33,678 nt of DNA. Source: a virus (lineage: Duplodnaviria > Caudoviricetes). The position numbers were made by a program, and so were the translations under genes. Under the pieces are notes generated by a model. It had not been told where the DNA came from. It was given only the letters and a program-made list of their open reading frames with translations, and did not search any database. The stretch spans positions 1-33,678 of IMG/VR virus record IMGVR_UViG_3300037458_001098; one strand, given 5' to 3'. Below are positions 17,414 through 25,624 of this stretch, one piece after another. How positions within the stretch are numbered: position 1 is the stretch's first letter; the number at the start of each line of letters is the position of its first letter.

Positions 17414-17881
17414 TTAATTTTTTCCACCGTTGTAATATTTAACGATCACCTCAGAAACATCAGTTCCCATTTTCTCTAAGTAAGTCATAAAGTAATCTAG
17501 ATGCTGTCGCTTTGGCGTATAGTGTCCGCTGTACGAGTTTACCGCTATTAATCTACCATCTGTCGCAACGATACCACCAGCGCAAAGAACAGCCTGCCCT
17601 CCTGCTAACGTCGAGTGATGAACGATATCATGCTGTGAATACCCTGCTACTATTTTGTAATCTCTGGTAAAAACGTAAATCATGCCAGGTAATTTTGTCG
17701 TTAGCAGTTTTTTCTTATAGAAAAGCAATCCGTTATGGACAGTTATTTTATTCTCTTCCATTTCTCGTTTAGAATAATATTTTAGCTCTTTATCTCTATC
17801 ACGCAAAACCATTTTCTCGGTCATGCTGAGACAATCCGCTAAAGCTGTCTTCAAGAATGTCAGTAGAAAAAAGAAGCTCAT
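17414..17881 (-). CDS. Signal-peptide-bearing protein with a HHS...AG...SGHYxP toxin-like domain
   Basis: N-terminal MSFFFLLTFLKTALA/D, then IYVF...HHSTLAGGQAVLCAGGI...G.LIAVNSYSGHYTP. Confidence 0.6.
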   Translation of the reverse strand: MSFFFLLTFLKTALADCLSMTEKMVLRDRDKELKYYSKREMEENKITVHNGLLFYKKKLLTTKLPGMIYVFTRDYKIVAGYSQHDIVHHSTLAGGQAVLCAGGIVATDGRLIAVNSYSGHYTPKRQHLDYFMTYLEKMGTDVSEVIVKYYNGGKN

Positions 17882-18195
17882 AGGAGAGTTTTGATCCTTT
17901 CAATTTTCGATTGTCTCGCTTGTAATATTTCTTGCCCACAATGGAAATGGTAAAACTGATCTATCAAAATCTGCACGTCCGCAATCTCTTCGCAAAAATT
18001 GCTCATATCGATTTCACGCCCTGGAGCTTGGTCTTGATCCATAACGATGCGGCAGCAAGCACGGGCAAGCTCGCTGCACTCTTCGGCTAGTTTCAGTAAT
18101 TGATTACGATGTCCGTATTTGTGATAGATTGCTTCGAGGATTTTAGTTTCCGCATCAAAATGGTTTATGATTTGGTCGATATCTTTTATTTTCAT
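17878..18195 (-). CDS. MazG-like NTP pyrophosphohydrolase
   Basis: KLAEECSELARA...EEIADVQI acidic motifs of all-alpha NTP-PPases. Confidence 0.85.
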   Translation of the reverse strand: MKIKDIDQIINHFDAETKILEAIYHKYGHRNQLLKLAEECSELARACCRIVMDQDQAPGREIDMSNFCEEIADVQILIDQFYHFHCGQEILQARQSKIERIKTLL

Positions 18196-18584
18196 TTATT
18201 TTTTTCGCTTAATATAATTTGATAACAACATTCTCTCTCATTGTAGTGCATTTCCCTTATCGCACAGTCTTTGTTTTCTATATAGTATCTTGCTCCAATA
18301 CAAAATCTAAAATCAATTAGTCGATCACTAACAAGCGACTCTTTCTCTATTAAAATTTCATAATCTCCATTGGGGAACTTTCTAGGCGATAGTTCATCTA
18401 GCGAAAGCGTCGGCCTAGTTGGAGGGTTTATCAAATCATCCTCCGTGTAAATCGTCTTCGTAAATTCTCGTAGCTGCTTTTTTTCCTCTTGTCGTTTTTG
18501 CGTCAACTCGAAAATAAAATAAGCAAACACAATTCCGGCCAAAAAAGACGGGATCGCGGTCATTACAAGCGTAAGCATTTCCAT
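18192..18584 (-). CDS. Hypothetical protein with an N-terminal membrane anchor
   Basis: MEMLTLVMTAIPSFLAGIVFAYFIF transmembrane helix. TAATG coupling with the upstream gene. Confidence 0.65.
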   Translation of the reverse strand: MEMLTLVMTAIPSFLAGIVFAYFIFELTQKRQEEKKQLREFTKTIYTEDDLINPPTRPTLSLDELSPRKFPNGDYEILIEKESLVSDRLIDFRFCIGARYYIENKDCAIREMHYNERECCYQIILSEKNK

Positions 18585-18880
18585 TATTTTTTCTCCTGGT
18601 AGGGACGAATCTCCCAAAGGCTACATTGGCGAACCGTGCAGTGAGTAATTTCTTCCTTTTGCCAACTGCAGCAATCCAAGCACTTCATTTTTATTGACCT
18701 AGTCCAAGACACTTCGCCCGAGCAATGCACTTCTAAATAAAGGCGTTGGTATGCCCTGGGAACACTCTTAAAATCATTCTTTACTTTTGGGTGGTGGTTT
18801 TCCAGCTTGGCAAGTAACTCATCGAATCGCTTGTCGGCAATTTCTTTCATTTCGTCTCTTGGTAGCATTTTCCTTGCCAT
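18584..18880 (-). CDS. Small Cys-rich (zinc-binding) phage protein
   Basis: IKMKCLDCC....EITHCTVRQCSLWEIRPY motif. AAGGA RBS. Confidence 0.7.
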   Translation of the reverse strand: MARKMLPRDEMKEIADKRFDELLAKLENHHPKVKNDFKSVPRAYQRLYLEVHCSGEVSWTRSIKMKCLDCCSWQKEEITHCTVRQCSLWEIRPYQEKK

Positions 18881-18909
18881 GTAACTTCCTTGGTTGATGT
18901 GGAATGTAG

Positions 18910-18936
18910 ATTATAGGTCAACCGTTAACCTGTCCA
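18910..18936 (-). promoter_or_regulatory. Putative promoter of the accessory operon
   Basis: TGGACA, 15 bp spacer, TATAAT. The spacer is short. GTTAAC motifs flank the -35. Confidence 0.4.
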
Positions 18937-19097
18937 CTGTTTTGTTAAAATAAGTTAACCGTTTTCACGTCGACGGATAACGTGGGAGATTTTCCAAAGC
19001 TAGAACCCATATATCGGGTAGGGTTCGTGCATTTAGACGACCGTCACTCACGGGATGCCCGAAGCAAATTTATTTCCGGGCCTGTTCTGCGTGGGGA

Positions 19098-19286
19098 TCA
19101 AACGAAATTTTCATTGCGCAGCGCTTTCAATCTTTTCTCAATGTAGTCTCCGCAGGCCTCGCAAGTATCAAATGTGGCCAGCATGACAAATCCATTTGCT
19201 GGCCGTGATAAGTATTCGCTAAGTAGCTCCCTATGGAAGCATCCCTGCTGTTCGCTGTATGTGACAATCCATCGCTCGGTTTCCAT
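19098..19286 (-). CDS. Small hypothetical protein (62 aa)
   Basis: Starts immediately after the helicase stop. Contains YSEQQGCFH and CEAC. Confidence 0.6.
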   Translation of the reverse strand: METERWIVTYSEQQGCFHRELLSEYLSRPANGFVMLATFDTCEACGDYIEKRLKALRNENFV

Positions 19287-20129
19287 TTATTTTTTCCTTT
19301 TGCCGTCCAGGCGTTGCCTATCTTCAAAATTTAATCGGAAGCTTTCAAAATCTCGTTTTTCTATTCTGTCGAAACATCTTATCTTGCTATTGTACCCCAG
19401 GAAGAAAAACCCAGGATCGTAATCGTACCCTCTCCCTTTATGGCCCTTGACATATTGGAAGCGGTGTTTTTCCACGTCTATGACCTGTAGTGTGTAGAGG
19501 CACTCGGCCAGGTTAGCGGTTGTTTTGCATCCTCGAATATCCTCCGGCCCAGTTATCTTGTTGTGATTTACAGTTATTTCGGCCCTGGTATGAGCAACTA
19601 TCACGAATGGAATATCATAAACATGGCACAATTTTGACTTGAGACTTTTAACAAATCTTTCTTGTTCGCCAAGTTTTTCTATTGGGTAGAATTTTGATGT
19701 TGTTAAGTTGTCATAAAAAACTATACTAATATTTTCTTTTTCAACAATTTCTGAAATGCTTTGCAAATAGACTTCGACGTCACTCCCCTCGTATATCTTG
19801 TCTTCCGTCGTAACTCTAAGATTGCCCCACTTCAATGTAGATGGCATCTTCGTCATGGAAATGTAAAAGTCCTTGACCCTTTCCTCTGAGAGAATTAATA
19901 ACGCCTTTCTTTTACCCAAGTGAATGACAAGATCAAATAACATCGTCTTAACTAGCGTTGATTTCCCTCCGCTTGTAGGCCCCAGCAAAACGTGCATAAG
20001 ACCTGGGCGATAACCGCAATGGGCCTTGAGAAATTCGATTTGAGTGTCGAAGTGGTAAGTTGTTCTTTCAATTTCTAATTCTTCTTTTTCGCCGTCTGTC
20101 AGGTAAGCTGTCTCTAATCTTTCGTCCAT
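19287..20129 (-). CDS. DnaB/RecA-like P-loop helicase
   Basis: Walker A GPTSGGKST, ILSEE, Walker B VFYDNL, VIVAHTR and DIRG (SF4-like). Follows the replication initiator. Confidence 0.82.
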   Translation of the reverse strand: MDERLETAYLTDGEKEELEIERTTYHFDTQIEFLKAHCGYRPGLMHVLLGPTSGGKSTLVKTMLFDLVIHLGKRKALLILSEERVKDFYISMTKMPSTLKWGNLRVTTEDKIYEGSDVEVYLQSISEIVEKENISIVFYDNLTTSKFYPIEKLGEQERFVKSLKSKLCHVYDIPFVIVAHTRAEITVNHNKITGPEDIRGCKTTANLAECLYTLQVIDVEKHRFQYVKGHKGRGYDYDPGFFFLGYNSKIRCFDRIEKRDFESFRLNFEDRQRLDGKRKK

Positions 20130-20932
20130 GTTTCCTCCGCTAATTTTATGGCCCCAGTAAAATCTATGGCCGGTTTTTCCTCAGTTGACTGAGCGTCTCT
20201 TATGAACCATTCTTTGATTTGCTCCATCTTCTCGTCAGGATCAATCCTTTCTTTGTCGTACCCCAGTCCCCTTTCTACCCATCGACTAATTGCTGATCCA
20301 TAGTTCTGGTAAGTTTCTCCATTTTCAACGTGAACTCGGAATTTCTCTAAATGCCTAACCAATACGGACTCGCTCTTACATTTCTTAAGTAACTCCTTCT
20401 GCAGCTTGTGAGTTACCGTTGAAAAGGCAAACTGGTAAAATTCTGACTCATTGCTAGGTAAAAAATCATAAATAAGACCTTTTGGGTTTTTGGGCGGCTT
20501 GGCCCTATTACTTCTTTCATTCTTTTCATTCTTATGTTCTTGTATGTGTCCGATCGTTGTCCGATCGTTGTCCGATCGTTGTCCGATTCGTTGTTCGATT
20601 TTATCGTCAACTATCTGGTATTCTATCCAGTTTACGATGGTAATTACTCTATATTGTCGGTTAGACCGTTGTTCGATTTGATGTTCGATTTTCAGCTTTT
20701 TTAGAAATCTTTCGCACTTGCTCTCACTGATCTTACATTCCTTAGATAACGCTTTTCGCCCAGTGACAAATTGTCCCGGGGCCAGTGTTTCTCCGTGAGA
20801 ATGGTATCCGTCCTTATGATTTGCCTTTAGCAGCAAAACTGTCCAAAATCCTAATAACTCCATATCGTCAGCATATTTCCATTCAAGTAGCTTTCTGTGC
20901 AGCTTGATCCATCCCTCCAAAACGCCCTCCAT
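20114..20932 (-). CDS. Replication initiator (lambda O / replisome-organiser-like)
   Basis: GWIKLHRKLLEW...LLLKANH...GQFVTGRKALS...ITIVNW..YQ winged-helix N-terminus with internal iterons. Start may be TTG 20920 (GGAGGG RBS). Confidence 0.88.
   Translation of the reverse strand: MEGVLEGWIKLHRKLLEWKYADDMELLGFWTVLLLKANHKDGYHSHGETLAPGQFVTGRKALSKECKISESKCERFLKKLKIEHQIEQRSNRQYRVITIVNWIEYQIVDDKIEQRIGQRSDNDRTTIGHIQEHKNEKNERSNRAKPPKNPKGLIYDFLPSNESEFYQFAFSTVTHKLQKELLKKCKSESVLVRHLEKFRVHVENGETYQNYGSAISRWVERGLGYDKERIDPDEKMEQIKEWFIRDAQSTEEKPAIDFTGAIKLAEETWTKD
20547..20600. repeat. Iteron array, probable replication origin
   Basis: 3 perfect TGTCCGATCGT (20547-20579) plus 2 degenerate copies, next to a strand-asymmetric AT-rich tract (~20505-20545), inside the initiator gene as in lambda ori. 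Confidence 0.8.
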
Positions 20933-21060
20933 GTTTGAATTTTTAGTAGCTTAAGCATTTTGGCCCATTAAGTAAAAAAGAAAAACCTTACATTTAGAGA
21001 AATATGTTTACATTATACAGTCCAGGATATATCAAAGTAAAAAAATAAGGGAGGTGAGCA
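20933..21060. promoter_or_regulatory. Divergent early promoter region
   Basis: AT-rich gap between divergent operons. Leftward TATAAT (21012-21017), rightward TTTACA (21007-21012), repeated AAGTAAAAAA and TTACATT, and a GGGAGGT RBS. Confidence 0.6.
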
Positions 21061-21297
21061 ATGAAAAAAAAGAAAGTAGATGATCGACCAGTATTTAGTT
21101 GTCGTTTGGGAAAAGAACAGCAGGCCTTCATATTAGCATTTGACCGGTTGGCCAAAGTTTCAGGGCGCAGGCCTTCTATTGCAAGAGCACTGGAGCAGAT
21201 GATGGCCGATCTTGGATTCGGGGCAAGTGGTTACGGTGATAACGACATCAGCGAAAAATCTAATACTAAAAACAGTCTAAGCCGTAGGTTAAAGTGA
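21061..21297 (+). CDS. Small basic putative DNA-binding regulator (RHH-like)
   Basis: First gene after the divergent promoter, strong RBS. Strand-helix-helix pattern PVFSCRL / EQQAFILAFDRLA / SIARALEQMM. Confidence 0.5.
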   Translation: MKKKKVDDRPVFSCRLGKEQQAFILAFDRLAKVSGRRPSIARALEQMMADLGFGASGYGDNDISEKSNTKNSLSRRLK

Positions 21298-21974
21298 ACA
21301 AAAAATTTCTAACGTCCATAAAACGTATTATCAAGTTGATAAGAAACAACGAAGATATCCTAATGAAGTGTTCCGAGATATATGAAGAACTCGATAGTGA
21401 AATACGATCTATGGACGACGCATTTCCAGGCAAGTATGATTTATTTAGTTATGTGAGGCTTACTAATTACTATGAACCAAGAGAGGAAAGAGAGAAGTGG
21501 ATAAAAAAGATTGAGGAAAAGTACCCAAACAATAAGGGCCGCGATTGGCCTATTGGACAATACAATTTTACTGTTGGGGATGGATCTGCCATCCCGCACG
21601 CCCTTACCGCATTAATTGCGAGTGTACGTGCTATAGATTTTAATGGTGATTTGTGGTCAGAAGATCAAGACGAATATAATACCTCAGTCATTACTCCATT
21701 TAAACTCTTGGAAGAAGTGGATGCCCTGGAAAATCATTTTTTCCCCAAAAAATTTGACTACTACGACGAAGACTTTCGCAAACTTCGCCTCCAAGTCTTT
21801 CTCCGTGACGGTGAAGTTTGTGCCACTTGCGGGGCTAGGCCCGAACCAGGTCTTTCGCTTACTATCGATCACATAAAGCCCGTTTCAAAATACCCGCATC
21901 TAGTAAAAGACATTAGCAACTTACAAGTGCTATGCTGGGACTGTAATCAAACTAAATCTGACAAAATTATATAA
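21294..21974 (+). CDS. HNH endonuclease with an uncharacterised N-terminal domain
   Basis: LRLQVFLRDGEVCATCG...TIDHIKP...NLQVLCWDCNQTKSD. GTGA overlap with the upstream gene. Confidence 0.9.
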   Translation: MNKKFLTSIKRIIKLIRNNEDILMKCSEIYEELDSEIRSMDDAFPGKYDLFSYVRLTNYYEPREEREKWIKKIEEKYPNNKGRDWPIGQYNFTVGDGSAIPHALTALIASVRAIDFNGDLWSEDQDEYNTSVITPFKLLEEVDALENHFFPKKFDYYDEDFRKLRLQVFLRDGEVCATCGARPEPGLSLTIDHIKPVSKYPHLVKDISNLQVLCWDCNQTKSDKII

Positions 21975-21990
21975 AAAAGGAGCGCATCTA

Positions 21991-22590
21991 ATGATTAGTC
22001 TATTTACAAAAATCCCCAAATTCCACCCACACCAAGAAATTAAAACGATCGGCATTATTGTTGGCCATACGTCTAAATCGCCTGGTGCAGTAGTGATACC
22101 CTCAGGTAGCGGCAAAAAAACTTCCGAGTATTTTTACAATTTAGAAGTAGCTAATGAGTTACTCAAGCGCAGGGCGTGCGATACTGTGGTAACTCGTGAC
22201 TATAAAGGCATCTCCGGAGCTACTAGCGAAATCATCAAATCAGGCGTGGATTTGTCAATAGAGCTACACTGTAATGCTGCCAACACTCGTGCGCACGGTG
22301 TAGAAGCACTCTACTACAATGATCCGTCTCGCACTTTTGCAACATACTTCTGTGACCAACTAGCTGCTCGTTTCAATCGTCGTAATCGAGGCGCAAAGTA
22401 TGTAGTAACAAACGGCCGTGGCGTTTCCAATCTACAATTACTCGCTGACATTCCTTATGCAATAATCGCAGAGCCTTTTTTCGGCGATAATGTAAATGAC
22501 TATATTCCACAGCTAGACTATACTAATTTCCTCTCTGAACTACTGGCAAAAGTAAAAATTGCGTCTCAACAATGGGGTAAAAATGCTTAA
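21991..22590 (+). CDS. N-acetylmuramoyl-L-alanine amidase (Amidase_3), probable endolysin
   Basis: IVGH, SEYFYN, SIELHCNA and IIAEPFFGDN zinc-amidase motifs. AAGGAG RBS. Confidence 0.9.
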   Translation: MISLFTKIPKFHPHQEIKTIGIIVGHTSKSPGAVVIPSGSGKKTSEYFYNLEVANELLKRRACDTVVTRDYKGISGATSEIIKSGVDLSIELHCNAANTRAHGVEALYYNDPSRTFATYFCDQLAARFNRRNRGAKYVVTNGRGVSNLQLLADIPYAIIAEPFFGDNVNDYIPQLDYTNFLSELLAKVKIASQQWGKNA

Positions 22591-22999
22591 TAAAATTTTT
22601 CTACTGGGCAGGCTAGGTAAAGATCCTGAATCAAAAAAAATTGGCGACAAACAAACTCACATGATCACGCTGCCACTCGCAGTCCAAAAAACAAAAAAGG
22701 ATGCTGACGGTAACTACGAAACGACGTGGGTAACGTGCAAAGCATTCGACAAAACCGCTGATCTCATTGCAAAATACTGTAAGAAAGGGAGTCAGGTTTT
22801 AGTTGAAGGAGAGTTAAACATTAACAAGTGGAAAAATCAAACGGGAGAGTTTGCCTACTTTACCGAAGTCTTGATTGGCAAAATAACTTTTCTCTCCAAA
22901 TCTAATACTGAAGAGAAAAAAGAAGAACCAATAATGACAGCGCAACCGAATGATTTGTTTGATGAAGATGGGTACGTTAGGGATGATATACCATTTTAG
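22583..22999 (+). CDS. ssb: Single-stranded DNA-binding protein
   Basis: MLNKIFLLGRLGKDPE...KKGSQVLVEG, acidic C-terminus DDIPF. Confidence 0.96.
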   Translation: MLNKIFLLGRLGKDPESKKIGDKQTHMITLPLAVQKTKKDADGNYETTWVTCKAFDKTADLIAKYCKKGSQVLVEGELNINKWKNQTGEFAYFTEVLIGKITFLSKSNTEEKKEEPIMTAQPNDLFDEDGYVRDDIPF

Positions 23000-23011
23000 G
23001 GGAGGTAAAAA

Positions 23012-23224
23012 ATGAGAATGCATTACTTAACTAAGGATATACAAGAATCAACTTTTTACCGAAGCCCCATACCTGAAACGAAAGAAGATCGTCTATTATT
23101 TTTCGCAAAAAGGATAGCAGAGCTTGAAGATAAAATTGCATCGATGTCTCAACCCTCGCACTTGATACAAGACACTCTCAAGCTCAACAAAAAACTGTTC
23201 GAAATTGTTAAAGCAGGAAGATAA
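23012..23224 (+). CDS. Hypothetical protein (70 aa)
   Basis: GGAGGT RBS, coiled-coil character. Confidence 0.7.
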   Translation: MRMHYLTKDIQESTFYRSPIPETKEDRLLFFAKRIAELEDKIASMSQPSHLIQDTLKLNKKLFEIVKAGR

Positions 23225-23230
23225 ATCCAG

Positions 23231-23629
23231 CTACCAGCGGGAAGGTTTACAGTGGACAACGTATTTTTTAATCACGTCGATTGCTTCGAGAGCAGAATAG
23301 CAAGTAGTAACGTATGCTCCACCAGCAATCAAAAATTGCATAAATTGTTGTTGCTCTGTCGTGGGCTTGTTCTTCCCGTGCTTCATTTCGATAAAAAGTT
23401 GAGTATAGTCGAGAGCGCGAAATGGTAGGCAAATGTCTGGTACACCTCTGCGCATTCCTGCTAACTTCGCTTTTTGTGCTTGGCCGATGCTTAAACGAAC
23501 CCCGTTCAATGACGAATGGAGATAGGCAAGATGTGGATAGATAGCGGTATGATGAGCGGCCCATTGGAAAACGTGGCATTGCTCTTGATACTCGTTTTGA
23601 TTGTTCTTTTTTTTACTAATGACTCTCAT
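23231..23629 (-). CDS. VRR-NUC (PD-(D/E)XK) nuclease, resolvase-like
   Basis: EYQEQ...NG...AGMRRGVPDI...LFIEMK..KNKPTTEQ. Start taken at MRVISK (23629). Confidence 0.9.
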   Translation of the reverse strand: MRVISKKKNNQNEYQEQCHVFQWAAHHTAIYPHLAYLHSSLNGVRLSIGQAQKAKLAGMRRGVPDICLPFRALDYTQLFIEMKHGKNKPTTEQQQFMQFLIAGGAYVTTCYSALEAIDVIKKYVVHCKPSRW

Positions 23630-23646
23630 AAATAAAGGATAACAAA

Positions 23647-23814
23647 ATGGACGATAAAAGAAAAAAAGATTTGGAGGAAAAACAAATGGATGAATATTGG
23701 GATGAATGGAAATCATCCAATCGACGTAGCTTAGTTGAAAAATACGGGCAGGAAACGATAGACCAATGGAAAAAAGAACTTGAAAAAGTTAGAAAGAATT
23801 TACAAAAAGCGTAA
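23647..23814 (+). CDS. Small hypothetical protein (55 aa, not in the ORF track)
   Basis: MDDKRKKDLEEKQMDEYWDEWKSSNRRSLVEKYGQETIDQWKKELEKVRKNLQKA*, AAGGA RBS. Confidence 0.6.
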   Translation: MDDKRKKDLEEKQMDEYWDEWKSSNRRSLVEKYGQETIDQWKKELEKVRKNLQKA

Positions 23815-23827
23815 TCCTTGCTATATG
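23799..23827 (+). promoter_or_regulatory. Putative sigma70 promoter for the recT operon
   Basis: TTTACA, 17 bp spacer, TATATG with an upstream TG. Bracketed by a TACAAAA/TTTTGTA inverted repeat. Confidence 0.5.
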
Positions 23828-23882
23828 TTTTGTAGGCAAAGTGGATGATTTTCATTCACAAAATTAAAAATGGAGTTCAAAC

Positions 23883-24050
23883 ATGACATTCTACGACGAC
23901 GACGGAAATTCTAGTTCTCTCACCCAAGTTTTGCAAAACGAAGTTACATTTCTGAGATCACAGATCGTTGAGTTAGCAAGTGAAATTGATCGACTAAAGC
24001 AGCTGCTAAGCGAAGCATCTGTAAGCCAAAATTTTCCTCTTGAAAATTAA
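23883..24050 (+). CDS. Small coiled-coil protein (55 aa, not in the ORF track)
   Basis: MTFYDDDGNSSSLTQVLQNEVTFLRSQIVELASEIDRLKQLLSEASVSQNFPLEN*, GGAG RBS. Confidence 0.65.
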   Translation: MTFYDDDGNSSSLTQVLQNEVTFLRSQIVELASEIDRLKQLLSEASVSQNFPLEN

Positions 24051-24071
24051 TTAAAACTTGGAGTAGTAAAA

Positions 24072-24911
24072 ATGAATGACTTAGTCAAAGAGTCCCATCC
24101 CTTATGGACTCCCGAACAAGTAGATCTTATCAAAAGTCAGATTTGCCAAAACATCACAACCGATGAATTAAAATTATTCATGCACGTTTGCAATCGGTCA
24201 GGACTTGATCCGTTTGCTCGACAAATCTATGCAGTTAAAAGATTTGACAGTCGGTCAGGTAAAGAAAAAATGACAATTCAAACCAGCATTGATGGGTTTC
24301 GAGTAATTGCCGAAAGATCTGGCAGGTATGCTGGCCAGTTAGGCCCATTTTGGTGTGGTTCTGACGGCAAATGGATTGACTGTTGGATCGATAAAGCATT
24401 TCCGGCGGCCGCTAAAGTTGGAGTGCTTCGACGTGACTTTAACGAACCTTTATGGGCCACTGCAAGATTATCTAGTTATGTGCAGACAGGTAAAAGTGGG
24501 CCAATCGGGCTGTGGGTAAAAATGCCGGAAGTAATGATTGCAAAATGTGCGGAAGCACTAGCGCTAAGAAAAGCATTTCCTCAAGAGCTTTCGGGACTTT
24601 ACTCAGAAGATGAAATGGCACAAGCGGAATCAACTGAATCAGGGAAATTACCTGCGCAGATAGTCCAGCCTCCACTTACCGCACAACCAGAACAATCAGA
24701 TGATCCAAAGAAAGAAGTCATGTCCAGAATAAATAGATTATCTGCTATCATCACAAAGGATTTTGACAAGGATCAGAAAAAAGAATGGGTAAAAAGATAT
24801 TTCAAGGTTGATAGCTACGGGGAGATTTCAAATTTTTCAATAGATATTCTTCGTCAAATTGTCAATAAACTGGAGAAAGACGCTCAAGATAAGAAAGATT
24901 TTCAAGATTGA
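24072..24911 (+). CDS. bet: Bet/RecT-family single-strand annealing protein
   Basis: ELKLFMHVC..SGLDPFARQIYAVKR...SIDGFRVIAERSG...W.KMPEVMIAKCAEALALRKAFP..LSGLY. Confidence 0.93.
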   Translation: MNDLVKESHPLWTPEQVDLIKSQICQNITTDELKLFMHVCNRSGLDPFARQIYAVKRFDSRSGKEKMTIQTSIDGFRVIAERSGRYAGQLGPFWCGSDGKWIDCWIDKAFPAAAKVGVLRRDFNEPLWATARLSSYVQTGKSGPIGLWVKMPEVMIAKCAEALALRKAFPQELSGLYSEDEMAQAESTESGKLPAQIVQPPLTAQPEQSDDPKKEVMSRINRLSAIITKDFDKDQKKEWVKRYFKVDSYGEISNFSIDILRQIVNKLEKDAQDKKDFQD

Positions 24912-24922
24912 TTTAATCTGAT

Positions 24923-25018
24923 GGCCGGTGTAGCTTTGAACTATGCCGGCCTTAAACGGGTTTAGATTGAACTCCTTTTCCCGGAAGATTGCCGTCTTTT
25001 GAGGCCTGGCATTTTTTT
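24923..25018 (+). terminator. Hairpin plus probable intrinsic terminator after bet
   Basis: 11-bp stem GGCCGGTGTAG/CTATGCCGGCC (two G-U pairs; 24923-24951), then a TGCC...GGCA stem followed by a T7 run. Confidence 0.5.
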
Positions 25019-25032
25019 AAAGGAATAACAGC

Positions 25033-25356
25033 ATGAAGCTGAATATTTTTGGTAAAGAATACCGGATAGCTTTTGGCGAACTTCAATCAAACGACGTTGG
25101 TACTTGCAATCATATCACTGGCGAAATCATCTTAGACCGATCAAAAACAACTCACGATTCTATCGAGCAAGTTGCTTTCCACGAGATACTACACGCTATT
25201 TTTGACCGCATTGGAGCGAGGCAATTTATCGAACCTCAGGCGGAAGAAATGCTTTGTGATTCAATTTCAAAATGCTTGATGGATAATTTCAAACTTAGTT
25301 TCTATCTTGAAAACCACTCTCAGCCGCAGGAATCGGAACAATCTCCCCAGGTTTAG
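25033..25356 (+). CDS. Zincin-like metallopeptidase (HExxH; ImmA/IrrE-like)
   Basis: LNIFGKEYRI...G.C....GEIILD...AFHEILHAI...EEMLC. AAGGA RBS. Confidence 0.75.
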   Translation: MKLNIFGKEYRIAFGELQSNDVGTCNHITGEIILDRSKTTHDSIEQVAFHEILHAIFDRIGARQFIEPQAEEMLCDSISKCLMDNFKLSFYLENHSQPQESEQSPQV

Positions 25357-25624
25357 AACTTCTCTCAGCTAATCGCCTTAATGCCTCGTACATTTTCACC
25401 CAGTCGCTCGGCGAAACTCCTACCAGCTTATCGCAATCATCAAGATGATAAACGCTTGTATCCGAAACTCTCCCAACCGCCACTTGTCCGATGCGATAAA
25501 TGTGACAGTAACATTCCTTATCAATTACGTTGATAGTACATCTCTCCACTCGCTCATCGAAAACAGTGCAGCTACTAAGGGAGATTATTAAAAGCATCAA
25601 TTCTATCAATTTTCGCCAAAGCAT
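25295..25624 (-). CDS. Lipoprotein, o-spanin-like
   Basis: MLWRKLIELMLLIISLSS/C lipobox, Cys-rich, overlapping the 3' end of the upstream small gene at the end of the late operon. Confidence 0.6.
   Translation of the reverse strand: MLWRKLIELMLLIISLSSCTVFDERVERCTINVIDKECYCHIYRIGQVAVGRVSDTSVYHLDDCDKLVGVSPSDWVKMYEALRRLAERSSKPGEIVPIPAAESGFQDRN

Noticed and set aside
24915-24970. Hammerhead ribozyme (CTGATG followed by a stem)
   Set aside because: The core reads CUGAUGG and no GAAA follows the stem.
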